The notes under the pieces were generated by a model that saw only the letters and a program-made list of their open reading frames with translations, had not been told where the DNA came from and did no database searches. The position numbers and the translations under genes were made by a program. DNA of 64,000 nucleotides, from positions 96,001 to 160,000 of the forward strand of contig CAVTCR010000062.1 in assembly GCA_963733195.1 (NCBI GenBank), written 5' to 3'. Positions 28,701 to 38,799 of this stretch are shown one piece after another. The stretch is from an uncultured delta proteobacterium (GTDB lineage Bacteria; Desulfobacterota; Binatia; Bin18). Each line of letters starts with the position of its first letter. The stretch's first letter is position 1.

Positions 28701-28797
28701 AACGTAATACGTCAAGCGTAATGCGTGATGCGTAATGGACGGTACGTGTCACTCTTAATGCTTAAATTCTACATTTTACATTCTGCATTCATCACTC
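28701..28797. repeat. Two heptamer arrays (GCGTAAT and YTRCATT families)
   Basis: aacgtaa tacgtca agcgtaa tgcgtga tgcgtaa; ttaatgc ttaaatt ctacatt ttacatt ctgcatt catcact. Confidence 0.75.
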
Positions 28798-28858
28798 TTC
28801 TCTTGTCGTGTTGCATCTGCCACAATGACGCTATTCTTTTCGCGAGAATACGTTGGCT

Positions 28859-29269
28859 ATGAGTATAACCGCGGCAATCCCCACGCTTGGACTTCGACAT
28901 TTGGCACTGAACGTCGCGGATGTCTCCACTTCTGTCGAGTTTTACTCGTCTCTGTTCGGCATGCAGGTGGTGTGGCAACCAGATCCTGATAATGCCTATC
29001 TATCGTCGGGTTGTGACAACCTGGCGTTACACAAAGTGACAACTCCGGCTTTCCCTACCAACCAACGACTCGATCACCTGGGGTTCCTTGTAAGAACCCC
29101 GGAAGAGGTTGACCATGCCGCTGAAGTGCTCACAGCACATAAGGTCCGCCTTCGTCAGCCACCACGCACGCATCGTGATGGTAGCCGGTCACTCTATTGT
29201 TTTGACCCTGACGGCAACGTCATCCAAGTTTTGTATGAACCAACCCTCAGTGCCCAACGGCTCAGCTGA
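28859..29269 (+). CDS. VOC/glyoxalase family protein
   Basis: GLRHLALNV, LDHLGF, HRDGSRSLYCFDPDGNVIQ motifs. Confidence 0.9.
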   Translation: MSITAAIPTLGLRHLALNVADVSTSVEFYSSLFGMQVVWQPDPDNAYLSSGCDNLALHKVTTPAFPTNQRLDHLGFLVRTPEEVDHAAEVLTAHKVRLRQPPRTHRDGSRSLYCFDPDGNVIQVLYEPTLSAQRLS

Positions 29270-30005
29270 GGGTACCCTCAACGCTCCTTCGCACTTTTCT
29301 ATTCTGCGCCAGTCCCTGGCATGGGCAGTCCATGCTTATACTGCCTCAGGCACAATCGCGGGCTTTCTTGCCCTGCAGGCGGTTGTCGCTGGAGACGTGC
29401 GCGCCGCGTTTCTGTGGATGCTTATTGCGGTCCTCATCGATGCGACCGATGGCACGCTCGCCAGGATAGTAGAGATCAAAAAAGTGCTGCCATGGTTTGA
29501 CGGCTCTAAACTCGACGATATTGTTGATTACTTCACGTTCGTCATCGTTCCTCTCGTAGCCTTGTATTACTTCAATCTCTTACCTCCTTCAGGAACGGTA
29601 TTCTTTGTCGCCGTGCCGCTGCTTGCAAGTGCTTATGGATTCTGCCAGGCCGCGGCAAAGACTCCGGACTTTTTCTTCACCGGATTCCCCTCCTATTGGA
29701 ATATTGTCGCGTTCTATTTGTACGCACTGCACACCTCACCCTGGGTGAATGGATTGCTGTTGTGCGTGTTGTCCATACTTGTCTTCGTTCCCATCCGGTA
29801 CGTCTACCCGACTCGCACCGTCCAGTTCCGCTTCCTCACTAATACTCTCGGAGCGTCATGGGTGATTGTCTTTCTGGTGTTGATCTGGCAATTGCCAACG
29901 CCGTCGTTGTGGCTGGTTGTCGTTTCCCTCTACTACCCGATTTACTACACGGTTGTATCGTTTTACCTGCACACTACCCACCCAAACACAACACAAAACC
30001 CTTGA
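29235..30005 (+). CDS. pcs: Phosphatidylcholine synthase (CDP-alcohol phosphotransferase)
   Basis: AWAVHAYTASG, DATDGTLAR, DGSKLDDIVDY, FTGFPSYWN motifs typical of Pcs. Confidence 0.85.
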   Translation: MNQPSVPNGSAEGTLNAPSHFSILRQSLAWAVHAYTASGTIAGFLALQAVVAGDVRAAFLWMLIAVLIDATDGTLARIVEIKKVLPWFDGSKLDDIVDYFTFVIVPLVALYYFNLLPPSGTVFFVAVPLLASAYGFCQAAAKTPDFFFTGFPSYWNIVAFYLYALHTSPWVNGLLLCVLSILVFVPIRYVYPTRTVQFRFLTNTLGASWVIVFLVLIWQLPTPSLWLVVVSLYYPIYYTVVSFYLHTTHPNTTQNP

Positions 30006-30066
30006 CATAGGGAAAAAGCCGACTCACATTTCCTGTAGGTCTACGAGAGAGCGAGGAACCGATCCT

Positions 30067-30555
30067 ATGGAAGTAGCGAAAGATCGTATTGAGAAAGCAT
30101 CTGACTTATGGCAGCAAGGGTACGAGGCGCAGGCGGAAGGCAACGTAGGAATGGCCATGCGCCTCTATCAAGAGTCACTTGCGACCTACCCGACCGCCGA
30201 AGCGCATACGTTTTTGGGTTGGGCCTACAGTTTTCTCGGGCGTTACGAGCAAGCCATTGAAGAATGCAAGAACGCGATCGCGGTCGACCCCGACTTCGGC
30301 AACCCATACAACGATATTGGTTCATATCTCACACAGTTAGGGAAAGGCGAGGAAGCGATTCCCTGGCTTGAGCAAGCGCTGGTAGCAAAACGCTACGAGC
30401 CACGCCATTTCCCCCACGTTAACCTCGGACGTATTTATTGGGCCAAAGGAGACTTACTCCAGGCCATACGAGAATTTGGCAAGGCAGTAGAGATTGAACC
30501 TCGCCATCTGGTTGCCCGTCGCGCTTTGGCGCTTCTGTCCTCGCAACTGAACTAG
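30067..30555 (+). CDS. Tetratricopeptide repeat protein
   Basis: PTAEAHTFLGWAYS, DPDFGNPYNDIG TPR units. Confidence 0.88.
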   Translation: MEVAKDRIEKASDLWQQGYEAQAEGNVGMAMRLYQESLATYPTAEAHTFLGWAYSFLGRYEQAIEECKNAIAVDPDFGNPYNDIGSYLTQLGKGEEAIPWLEQALVAKRYEPRHFPHVNLGRIYWAKGDLLQAIREFGKAVEIEPRHLVARRALALLSSQLN

Positions 30556-30576
30556 CGAGAAAGGCATTTATGCTTA

Positions 30577-31308
30577 CTATCGCAATGCTGACCTCGGGTT
30601 TTGCCACCCCAGCGACGATGGTGAACGAGCACGACGAGTGCGCCGCCGTCTGAATAACAAGAGCGGCCCGAGGATGAGACCAGAGACGAATCCTCCTACG
30701 TGCGCCCACCACGCCACTTCCGCGACGCGGGGCTCGGCTGCAGGCTGCACATACATGCCAGCACCAATCTGGAGTCCCAACCACAAGACGAGATAGAACA
30801 CCGCAGGAATACGGACCACAGGGAACGAAAACCCTAGCGGCAGTAGGGTCAGCACACGGGCAGTTGGATAGAAAACAAAATAGGCACCCGTGACTGCAGC
30901 AATTGCGCCACTCGCGCCAATCATCGGAATCGCAGACGACGGGTTCGTATAGGTCTGCACTAACACTGCGGTCACTCCACCAGCACAGTAAAACACGAGG
31001 TAGCGGACATGCCCGAGCCGATCTTCGACGTTACCGCCAAAAATATACAGATAAAGCAAATTCCCCAGGAGATGAGCCCAATTCCCATGCAAAAACATAC
31101 AGGACAGCAACGGAGAGAGAGCAGGAAAGGTTCCGCGTTCGAGAGCTTGCGAGAAATTTGCCGGGACCCAGCCATAGACTCGGACTAAGGTTTCAACCTG
31201 AGGCCCAAGCGCGAGTTCATAAGCAAAGAACACAAGGTTCAACCCTATGAGCGTATGATTGACCCAAGGAGTCCGGTGCTGTGTGACAGAAGTGCGAAGT
31301 GGGATCAT
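30577..31308 (-). CDS. Rhomboid family intramembrane serine protease
   Basis: MFLHGNWAHLLGN, IGASGAI, WAHVGGF motifs. Confidence 0.93.
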   Translation of the reverse strand: MIPLRTSVTQHRTPWVNHTLIGLNLVFFAYELALGPQVETLVRVYGWVPANFSQALERGTFPALSPLLSCMFLHGNWAHLLGNLLYLYIFGGNVEDRLGHVRYLVFYCAGGVTAVLVQTYTNPSSAIPMIGASGAIAAVTGAYFVFYPTARVLTLLPLGFSFPVVRIPAVFYLVLWLGLQIGAGMYVQPAAEPRVAEVAWWAHVGGFVSGLILGPLLLFRRRRTRRARSPSSLGWQNPRSALR

Positions 31309-31462
31309 ACGGTAGCTATCTCGCGTGAGGTATCGCTCACCTGCGCACTGAGATTTCCTCTTCCATCGACTACGACTACCCTAGCAGCCTTCACATCACC
31401 ATCAGCAAATATGACCGTTCTTATAGCACCCCTATCGAATCTGTGGTAGGGGAAATAAGTGT

Positions 31463-31798
31463 ATGCCAATCTACGAATACCACTGTCAGGAATGCGGGAA
31501 AGACCAGAGTGTACTCTTTCTTTCGCAAAAAAACGCCACGGCGAAGCCGTCGTGCAAGTATTGTGGTGCTCGTCGCTTGAAACGACTGCTGTCGCGCGTT
31601 GCCTACCACCAGACGGAAGCGTCCCGACTCAACGATTTTGATACCAGTGCCTCCCGTGATGAGTCCTTTTATCGCGACTCACGCAACGTTGGCCTCTGGG
31701 CAAAGAAGCGGGCAAAACAAATGGGGGTAGACTTGGGCTCTCAGTTTGAGGAAACTGTAGAGAAGGCCCGAAGTGGAAAGCTCGTCGATGACCTGTGA
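31463..31798 (+). CDS. FmdB-family zinc ribbon protein
   Basis: MPIYEYHCQECG...CKYCG. Confidence 0.88.
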   Translation: MPIYEYHCQECGKDQSVLFLSQKNATAKPSCKYCGARRLKRLLSRVAYHQTEASRLNDFDTSASRDESFYRDSRNVGLWAKKRAKQMGVDLGSQFEETVEKARSGKLVDDL

Positions 31799-31801
31799 CC
31801 T

Positions 31802-32104
31802 ATGTTTCAGCGAATCCGCCTGCAACTAAGCAAGTTCTTCCATGGGTGGTGGGACTTGCTCCCACATCCGGTACAACGACTGATCAAGGTGGGGTTCGGT
31901 ATTCTCTTTCTTGTGTTAGGGATTATTGGGATTTTTATCCCTGTTATGCCGCAAATTCCGTTTCTGCTGTTGAGTTTGACCCTATTGAGCAGCGAAAGTT
32001 CACATGCTCGTAATTTATTACGCAGAATGAAGCGCTGGTTAGCTCGACAACGGCGAGCGCTACGAAGGAGAAACAATCATGGCAGACAAAGATCAGTTAA
32101 GTGA
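31802..32104 (+). CDS. Small membrane protein (PGPGW/DUF454-like)
   Basis: GILFLVLGIIGIFIPVMPQIPFLLLSL hairpin with a basic tail. Confidence 0.7.
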   Translation: MFQRIRLQLSKFFHGWWDLLPHPVQRLIKVGFGILFLVLGIIGIFIPVMPQIPFLLLSLTLLSSESSHARNLLRRMKRWLARQRRALRRRNNHGRQRSVK

Positions 32105-32189
32105 CAAGTTACGCGACAAGGAAAAAGCAGAAGAAGACCGATACTTCGCCGCTTGCCACCACTTCGTAGTGTTGCCAGGTTGTCGGTAG
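32079..32189 (+). pseudogene. 36-codon ORF or 5' gene remnant with a KLRDKEKAEEDRYFA motif
   Basis: RBS aaggag, then MADKDQLSDKLRDKEKAEEDRYFAACHHFVVLPGCR*; not in the ORF track. Confidence 0.55.
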
Positions 32190-32202
32190 GGAGGAGAGAC
32201 AA

Positions 32203-32811
32203 ATGATCAAACTCTACGATTTTCCCATGTCTCCTCGTGCCCGTAAGGCACGTATTGTGTTGGCAGAAAAAGGGCTCCAACACGAAAAAGTAACAGTGGA
32301 CATCACCAAAGGCGAACAAAAGAAACCCGAATATCTTGCAATTAACCCCTACGGAAAGGTCCCAGCGCTACAAGATGACGGCAGCAATGTGTACGAGTCA
32401 ACAATCATCATGGAGTACCTCAACGACAAGTACGCAAATCCATCGCTCCTTCCTGACGATCCAGGGCAACGTGCCCGCGCTCGAGTCCTGATGCATTATG
32501 GTGATAATCCATACGATGGTGCGCTCGGTGCCATTGTCGGCCAGGTCTTTTTCAAGCCCAAAGGACAAGCCGATCAAGAAGTAATCGTCAAGGCAAAGCA
32601 AGATCTGAACGCTTGCTTTGAGCGCTTGGAGCGAGAGCTGGGGAGTCAGGACTATCTGCTCGGTTCACAATTCACGCTGGCAGATATTTGTTTCGTTACC
32701 TGGGCACCGCTCTTCGGACCACTACAAGTCGAGATTCCCGGTCATTGCTCGCGGGTACAAGCGTGGTTTAAACGCATGCAAGAGCGAGCAAGTGTGAAAA
32801 CAGCAGGCTAG
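32203..32811 (+). CDS. Glutathione S-transferase family protein
   Basis: SPRARKAR, INPYGKVPAL, YESTII, FTLADI motifs. Confidence 0.93.
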   Translation: MIKLYDFPMSPRARKARIVLAEKGLQHEKVTVDITKGEQKKPEYLAINPYGKVPALQDDGSNVYESTIIMEYLNDKYANPSLLPDDPGQRARARVLMHYGDNPYDGALGAIVGQVFFKPKGQADQEVIVKAKQDLNACFERLERELGSQDYLLGSQFTLADICFVTWAPLFGPLQVEIPGHCSRVQAWFKRMQERASVKTAG

Positions 32812-32903
32812 GCTCTAGGAAATGGGAGTTGGGATTTGGTAAAAACGCTTCCCTCCCTACTCCTTACCAAGATCCTAACTCCCAAACCCTAAATCCCAAT
32901 TTC
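32809..32903. repeat. Inverted pair of heptamer arrays (TRGGAKT family)
   Basis: taggctc taggaaa tgggagt tgggatt ... cctaact cccaaac cctaaat cccaatt. Confidence 0.8.
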
Positions 32904-32904
32904 T

Positions 32905-33558
32905 ATGTTTAGCGGCATTATCGAAACAACGGGCACGATCACGACGATCGAGCAAATGAACGAAGGTGCACGACTGTTTCTCACGAGCCAGCTTCCCCTC
33001 TCAGAAGTTAGTCTCGGCGAGAGTATTTGTGTGAATGGTACCTGTCTCACGGTTACGGTCATCGGGGACACCACACTTAGCTTTGATGTGTCGGCTGAGT
33101 CACTTCGACGGACGAACCTCGGCGATCTCAAATCTGGGGACCTGGTGAATCTCGAGCGATCACTACGTGTGAGTGATCGCCTCTCCGGGCACGTTGTGTC
33201 CGGCCACATCGATGGTGTGGGCTCGGTCAAAAGCATTCAGCCTGAAGGTGACTCGTTCCTGTACACCTTTACCGTTCCGCCTGAATTGGGCCGTTACCTC
33301 ATCGAGAAAGGTTCGGTTGCCATCGATGGTATCAGTCTTACCGTCTTTCATTGCCGACCGACGGAATTCACCTGCGCGATCATCCCCCACACCCACCACG
33401 TCACGACTCTGCATGCGAGAAAGCCCGGCGACAAGGTCAACATCGAAAACGACCTACAGGGGAAATACATCGAAAAGTTTATGCAGGAAGCGCTGGCCGG
33501 ACCGCTGCAAGCGTTGCGTGATGAAGTCGCTGAGTTGAGGAAGCAACTACAGAAGTAG
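32905..33558 (+). CDS. ribE: Riboflavin synthase (alpha chain)
   Basis: MFSGIIE, ICVNGTCLTV, GHVVSGHIDG, KGSVAIDGISLTV, IIPHT motifs. Confidence 0.96.
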   Translation: MFSGIIETTGTITTIEQMNEGARLFLTSQLPLSEVSLGESICVNGTCLTVTVIGDTTLSFDVSAESLRRTNLGDLKSGDLVNLERSLRVSDRLSGHVVSGHIDGVGSVKSIQPEGDSFLYTFTVPPELGRYLIEKGSVAIDGISLTVFHCRPTEFTCAIIPHTHHVTTLHARKPGDKVNIENDLQGKYIEKFMQEALAGPLQALRDEVAELRKQLQK

Positions 33559-33564
33559 CTCTCG

Positions 33565-33685
33565 GAGGGTGGGCCTAGCCCGCTTATCTATCGGCGGCCA
33601 CAGGCCGCCCTACAGACGAATAATTCTTTCGCCTTTCTCCTTTTATCCCGTTTCTCCTTACCTGAGATCCCAACCCCTAGCCCCT
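33565..33685. repeat. REP doublet (33565-33613) followed by short octamer/heptamer tracts
   Basis: gagggtgggcctagcccgc ... cggcggccacaggccgccCTAC; then ctttcgcc tttctcct tttatccc gtttctcc and cccaacc cctagcc cct. Confidence 0.7.
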
Positions 33686-33744
33686 TGCCCCGCTTCTCGG
33701 CTATGACAGAGAGCACAATTCACACATTGGTCGGAGGATTGTGT

Positions 33745-35928
33745 ATGTCTACCCCAAATGCCGCAATCATTATTCAACAGGCCCGCTCACAAAATCGTCT
33801 CCTTCTGACCGAAGTCGAAGCGAAAACACTATTGAGTGCAGCCAACATTTCCGTTGTGCAAACCCAGCTCGCTCGCACCAGAGAAGAAGCGATTGCCCAT
33901 GCGCAAAACCTGGGATTCCCGGTCGTCTTGAAGATCTGTTCGTCAGAAGTCGTCCATAAAAGCGACGTTGGCGGCGTGAAGCTCAATCTAATGACTCCTG
34001 ATGCAGTAGCTGGAGCGTTTGATGACATCATGCAGGCAGTCAAACGCTCACAACCAACCGCAGCGATCGACGGTGTATCAGTCCAACCAATGGCCAAGCC
34101 TGGATTAGAGGTCATTGTCGGGTTGACCACAGACCCACAATTCGGACCGGTGTGTATGTTCGGACTTGGCGGTATCTCAGTCGAAATTCTCAAAGATGTG
34201 GCATTTCGTCTTGCGCCGCTTCGTCAGCGCGATGCCCAGGCGATGATCCGAGAAATCAAAGGCTACTCTTTGCTCACCGGGTATCGGGGGCAACCACCGG
34301 TCGATCTCGATGCGCTAGAGCACTTGTTGTTACAGGTATCAGCTCTACTGGAGATTCATCCGGAGATTAAAGAACTCGACCTCAACCCAGTGTTTGCCTA
34401 TGCCAAGGGCTGCCTAGCGGTTGATGCCCGCATTGCACTGCATGGATCGCAACTACCCGCGACTCCTCGCCCACTCTCCTCCACGACACGGGCGGCATTG
34501 GATCGTGCGTTCAATCCGAAAGCCGTGGCCGTGATCGGCGATAAACGCGCAATGAATTATCTGTGGCTACGTGCCCAGAGCACCTTCCAGGGGAAGACCT
34601 ATTCTGTGCAAATCGACGAGCGAGAGCTTCCTGGCATCCAAGCGCTGGGGGTTCCCAATTATAAAAGTTTGGCTGAGATCCCTGAGCCCATTGATTACGT
34701 CATGACGGCAGTACCACGACAGATTGCACCACGGATCGTCGCCGACTGCGCTGCACAAAAAGTGGGAAGTGTCATGCTCTTCACCTCTGGCTTCTCCGAA
34801 GTTGGCGACGAGGATGGGAAAAAACTCGAACGTGCGATAGTTGACACTGCTCACTCAGCCGGAATGGCGCTGATTGGTCCGAACTGCATGGGGTTGTACC
34901 ATCCGCGTATCGGGCTGCGTAACTACACCGAACTGCCAGCCGGCGATGCGGGCACTGTCGGGTTTATCGGCCAGAGCGGCACTCATACAATCACGTTTAG
35001 TTTATCTGCTCCGAATCATGGCATAAAAATTAGCAAGGCAGTCAGCTTTGGCAATGCCGCGGTGCTGGATGCCAGTGATTATCTCGATTATCTGGCTAAT
35101 GATGCCGAAACCAAGATTATCGGCATGTATCTCGAAGGCGTGCGTGAAGGTCGCCGCTTTTTCTCGCTCCTCCGTGAGGTGACAGCGAAGAAGCCCGTCG
35201 TGGTCTGGAAAGGTGGCAGAAGCGAAGCAGGAAAGCGTGCGGTGTCTTCTCACACTGGGTCGTTAGCAATTCCCGCTGCGGTCTGGGATGCGATGGTACG
35301 ACAGGCTGGGGCCGTTTCGGCTGAGACGTTCGACGAAGCGCTCGACGCGATCAAACTACTCTCCTTTGCCAAGTCAACCACCGGAACCAGGGTCGGGCTG
35401 GTCGCCATGAGTGGTGGGCCGTCGGTCTCTATCACCGACGCCTTTGAATACGCTGGACTCATTGTCCCTGAGCTCAGTGACGCCTCGTACCAGGAACTTT
35501 CTTCGTTCTTTACCGTCATAGGTGGCAGCTTCCGTAACCCACTCGACTCTGGCTACACTATCGGAATGGGCCAAAGTGTCGATAATCTAGAACGGCTTTT
35601 TGCTATTCTTGATCGTGACCCGAATATTGATGTGATTGTCATGGATACTGGAGCAGGGTTAGTGGCTGGCCAGTGGCAGGCCCATCCGCAAACGTTGACG
35701 ACACTGTTAGAGACGTTGGAGCGTTTTGCGACACGCTCAGCCAAGCCGTTTTTTGTCGTCTTGCAGCCGTTCGCCCATGAAGCTGCACTGTTACACGTAC
35801 GAAACCAATTCCACGCGCGCAGCATCGCAACCTTTGCTACGCACCAGCGTGCAGCCCGCGCTTTACGTTTGGCTACAGATTATTGGCGGTTTCACAACAA
35901 TATCGACGGCAAGAATGTTGCAAACTGA
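33745..35928 (+). CDS. NDP-forming acyl-CoA synthetase, beta-alpha domain order fusion
   Basis: N-terminal ATP-grasp (HKSDVGGV, DPQFGPV, ELDLNP) then CoA-binding/ligase part (IGPNCMG, QSG, SHTGSLA). Confidence 0.9.
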   Translation: MSTPNAAIIIQQARSQNRLLLTEVEAKTLLSAANISVVQTQLARTREEAIAHAQNLGFPVVLKICSSEVVHKSDVGGVKLNLMTPDAVAGAFDDIMQAVKRSQPTAAIDGVSVQPMAKPGLEVIVGLTTDPQFGPVCMFGLGGISVEILKDVAFRLAPLRQRDAQAMIREIKGYSLLTGYRGQPPVDLDALEHLLLQVSALLEIHPEIKELDLNPVFAYAKGCLAVDARIALHGSQLPATPRPLSSTTRAALDRAFNPKAVAVIGDKRAMNYLWLRAQSTFQGKTYSVQIDERELPGIQALGVPNYKSLAEIPEPIDYVMTAVPRQIAPRIVADCAAQKVGSVMLFTSGFSEVGDEDGKKLERAIVDTAHSAGMALIGPNCMGLYHPRIGLRNYTELPAGDAGTVGFIGQSGTHTITFSLSAPNHGIKISKAVSFGNAAVLDASDYLDYLANDAETKIIGMYLEGVREGRRFFSLLREVTAKKPVVVWKGGRSEAGKRAVSSHTGSLAIPAAVWDAMVRQAGAVSAETFDEALDAIKLLSFAKSTTGTRVGLVAMSGGPSVSITDAFEYAGLIVPELSDASYQELSSFFTVIGGSFRNPLDSGYTIGMGQSVDNLERLFAILDRDPNIDVIVMDTGAGLVAGQWQAHPQTLTTLLETLERFATRSAKPFFVVLQPFAHEAALLHVRNQFHARSIATFATHQRAARALRLATDYWRFHNNIDGKNVAN

Positions 35929-35989
35929 GAAACATGTCGATACAACTATAGAATAGGTGAGGGGAAATTTTGGATTGGAGGGTACAAGC

Positions 35990-36811
35990 ATGCGAGAACA
36001 CCCTATTTTTACACGACCTCTTGCCGGCTTGGCGATCGGAGCAGCCATTGCTGTCGGCGTAGCGTGGTTTGCCGGGGCTGTCTATCGAGAAGGGAACTTG
36101 TTCGCTCCTCTTATGACGCTCTTTATTGCCATGATCGCTCCATTTCTGCTGTACCAAGAACAACCTAAACGGCTGACCTACGCGCTACTCACTGCCGCAT
36201 TGCTCACAGTGCTCTCTCTTCTGACCATCATTATCGGCGGGCAACCGAGTGGACTCACCGTCTTCGGATTAGGCTTAACGGCGGTCGCAATTCTGATCGG
36301 CATTGATCTGGTTCTTCAAGACTTTGGCAGCCGACTTACCATCTCGCCATCTTTCTCATATAGTGCAGCAGCTATCTTCCTGCTCATTGCCGTGCCATTG
36401 AGCACCCACTTGGTAGTACGTGAACACCGCTTGGCAGTTGAGGAAGATGAAGCCTTGATTCGCACAGTTGCGCAGAACGTACACCCGCAAGGAAATGCGA
36501 TTGTTTTTGAGCAAATTAGTCCGATACAGAAGGAAAAACTCAAAAAGCTTGTCTCGGTCCGAACCAAAGGGAAAACCTATAACCTTGCCGATGCTGAGGT
36601 TGAGTCTGTCGTCGAAGAGCGGACGGTGCGGCGACAGAATCGTAAACAGAATCAACCTGCTGTTGTGAGCCGTGCCCAGGAAGAACGGATGCGCATGATT
36701 CTGAGCCTCCAAGGGACCCCCATACCTGGTGACATCACTCTCTTCTCTCGCCGCGGACCGATCACCACAAGTGAACAGGTCGTTGCACTAGAGAATAAGA
36801 ATCCAGGATAG
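35990..36811 (+). CDS. Hypothetical membrane protein (about 5 TM + soluble C-terminal domain)
   Basis: Long ORF with RBS ggagg and a hydrophobic N-terminal half; no recognisable motif. Confidence 0.7.
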   Translation: MREHPIFTRPLAGLAIGAAIAVGVAWFAGAVYREGNLFAPLMTLFIAMIAPFLLYQEQPKRLTYALLTAALLTVLSLLTIIIGGQPSGLTVFGLGLTAVAILIGIDLVLQDFGSRLTISPSFSYSAAAIFLLIAVPLSTHLVVREHRLAVEEDEALIRTVAQNVHPQGNAIVFEQISPIQKEKLKKLVSVRTKGKTYNLADAEVESVVEERTVRRQNRKQNQPAVVSRAQEERMRMILSLQGTPIPGDITLFSRRGPITTSEQVVALENKNPG

Positions 36812-36986
36812 TGCGGTCTTCTCCGGTCTTGCCGCTCATCCGGGTTTTTCCACACCCGCTGATAGCGCTGACTCCGTCATTGACCTGCGCCAGGTGATAC
36901 GATAACCAAAGGAGCGCTCGACGAGTCAGCGCGGTTCACGTTTTCCAATTTTCGAATACGTCAGGTTGGTGACAAGGAGATAAACA

Positions 36987-37340
36987 ATGGCCTATACGAT
37001 CACGAGGCTATGCCGTGAATGCGTAGATACTGGATGTGTGGCAGTGTGCCCAGTCGATTGCATTTATGAGTATACCGGAAGCGACAAGACTACCTACCCC
37101 AATCAGCTCTATATCCATCCCGATGAATGTATTGATTGTGGCGCATGTGAACCAGAATGTCCGTACCAAGCCATCTTCGAAGAAGTGTCAGTCCCGAGCG
37201 TCTTTAACGATGACATTAAGTTGAACTACGCGGTGAAAGACAACGGGAGCGATTTCAAGGTCGCTCAACACAAGAAAATTCCTCACCCAACAGCAGATCA
37301 AGTCGCCGCCAACAAGCAGAAATGGGGTTGGGCCGGATAA
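36987..37340 (+). CDS. Dicluster ferredoxin (FdxA-like)
   Basis: [18 protein letters not shown] and [17 protein letters not shown]. Confidence 0.93.
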   Translation: MAYTITRLCRECVDTGCVAVCPVDCIYEYTGSDKTTYPNQLYIHPDECIDCGACEPECPYQAIFEEVSVPSVFNDDIKLNYAVKDNGSDFKVAQHKKIPHPTADQVAANKQKWGWAG

Positions 37341-37406
37341 TTAGGCATTAGGAGTGGGGAGTTAGGATTTGGGCCTTTCCCCCAAATCCCAGATCCTAAT
37401 TCCTAA
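37341..37406. repeat. Inverted heptamer-array hairpin between convergent genes
   Basis: ttaggca ttaggag tggggag ttaggat ttggg - cccaaat cccagat cctaatt cctaa; fills the whole gap between two stop codons. Confidence 0.85.
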
Positions 37407-38014
37407 CTCCGCTTTTCTCGCCGCAGTTCTTCCTCGACCAATACAATCCGATCATTGCCAAAAAACATCGAACCGTTCACGAAAATCGTTGGGGTACCAT
37501 AGCCGCCGCGAGCCATGACTTCGTCGGTGTTGACGCGGATACGGTCTTTGTAACCCTGACGGTTGATCTTGTCGAAATACTCAGTCGCATCAAGTCCGAC
37601 CTCTTCCACAATGCCTCGTAAGATGTCATCTTTGCTAATATCTTTATCCTCTCCCCAATACGACTCAAACACGCGGTAGCTATAGCGGAGAAACTTCTCG
37701 GGATGATCGAGAGCAACCAATGCGCCTCGTAAGGCTTTGATCGAGTTGACCGGAAACACGGTCGGGGATTTGATCACCAATCCGTAGAATCGCGCCCAAT
37801 CCTGCAGATCCTTGGCCGCATACTTGGCTTTAGCCGGGACACCCTTCTCGCGGAATTCATACACTGAGGGATTGACAGTATTGAAGATTCCACCGACTAG
37901 GATCGGTCGCCATTCCAACGTTGCATTGTACTTCTGACAAACACCACTAATCTTGGTGAAGGCCAAATAGGTCCACGGGCTCGAATAATCGTAAAAGAAC
38001 TCAACTTTCGCCAT
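37403..38014 (-). CDS. 2-hydroxychromene-2-carboxylate isomerase / DsbA (kappa GST) family protein
   Basis: FFYDYSSPWTYL, RPILVGG, GTPT, FFGNDR motifs. Confidence 0.9.
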   Translation of the reverse strand: MAKVEFFYDYSSPWTYLAFTKISGVCQKYNATLEWRPILVGGIFNTVNPSVYEFREKGVPAKAKYAAKDLQDWARFYGLVIKSPTVFPVNSIKALRGALVALDHPEKFLRYSYRVFESYWGEDKDISKDDILRGIVEEVGLDATEYFDKINRQGYKDRIRVNTDEVMARGGYGTPTIFVNGSMFFGNDRIVLVEEELRREKRS

Positions 38015-38778
38015 TAGCTCCTCCTTTTTTCTCGTGCAGAAAATCGACTAACATTTTGTTAAATTCTTGCGCATAGGCAAGATGGATATTGTGTTTGCCG
38101 TCGGGAAACATATGCAACCGCGAGTTGACAATCCCCTTCTTCAACACATCGGCGTGAAACGTAGGAACGAGCGGATCTTTCATTCCGTGCAAAAGAAAAG
38201 TCGGACAACGAATCAGGTGCAGACGAGTCTGACAGAGTTCCCCACCAGCGCGATAGAGCATTTGCATTGCGTCGCACCAGCGTGACCACAGGTCTTGCAG
38301 TTCCTCACCATAAATCGCAGCCATCGCATCAATCATCCGCTGTGACCAAGAAGAAAGCTGACGTGTCGCTTCATACGCTTCGATGTCCTCGCGAGCGAGG
38401 TAGGCGTTTCCACCCCACGGGATCCAGTTTTGTCACTTGCTGTGGCCGTTGCAGCGTCAATAACATCGCAATGATCGCTCCATCACTCCAACCACCCACG
38501 GCATAGGTTTGACAACCGATAGTCTCCATTAATGTTGCACAGTCTTGCGCATCTTGTTCGTAGAAATCGAGCGGGAATTGCCGCACCGGCGGACGGGATT
38601 TTCCATAACCACGTGCATCCGGCACGATCACCCGCAGTCCTTGCAGAGGAAGCTGTTCAAGCTGTGGAGCAAAATCACTTTCCCCAGTCCCCAGCGCACC
38701 AGGAATCAGCAACAGCGGTTGTCCCTGCCCTCGATCTTCGTAGTATAGATTGACTCCACGTATCTGCGCGTAGGGCAT
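38001..38778 (-). CDS. Alpha/beta hydrolase (valacyclovir hydrolase/BPHL-like), frameshifted
   Basis: IPGALG, DARGYGKSRPP, GWSDG nucleophile elbow, GKHNIHL; split over ORFs 38371..38778 and 38001..38336. Confidence 0.85.
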
Positions 38779-38799
38779 GGCTCCTCCTTTTGCAACCGC

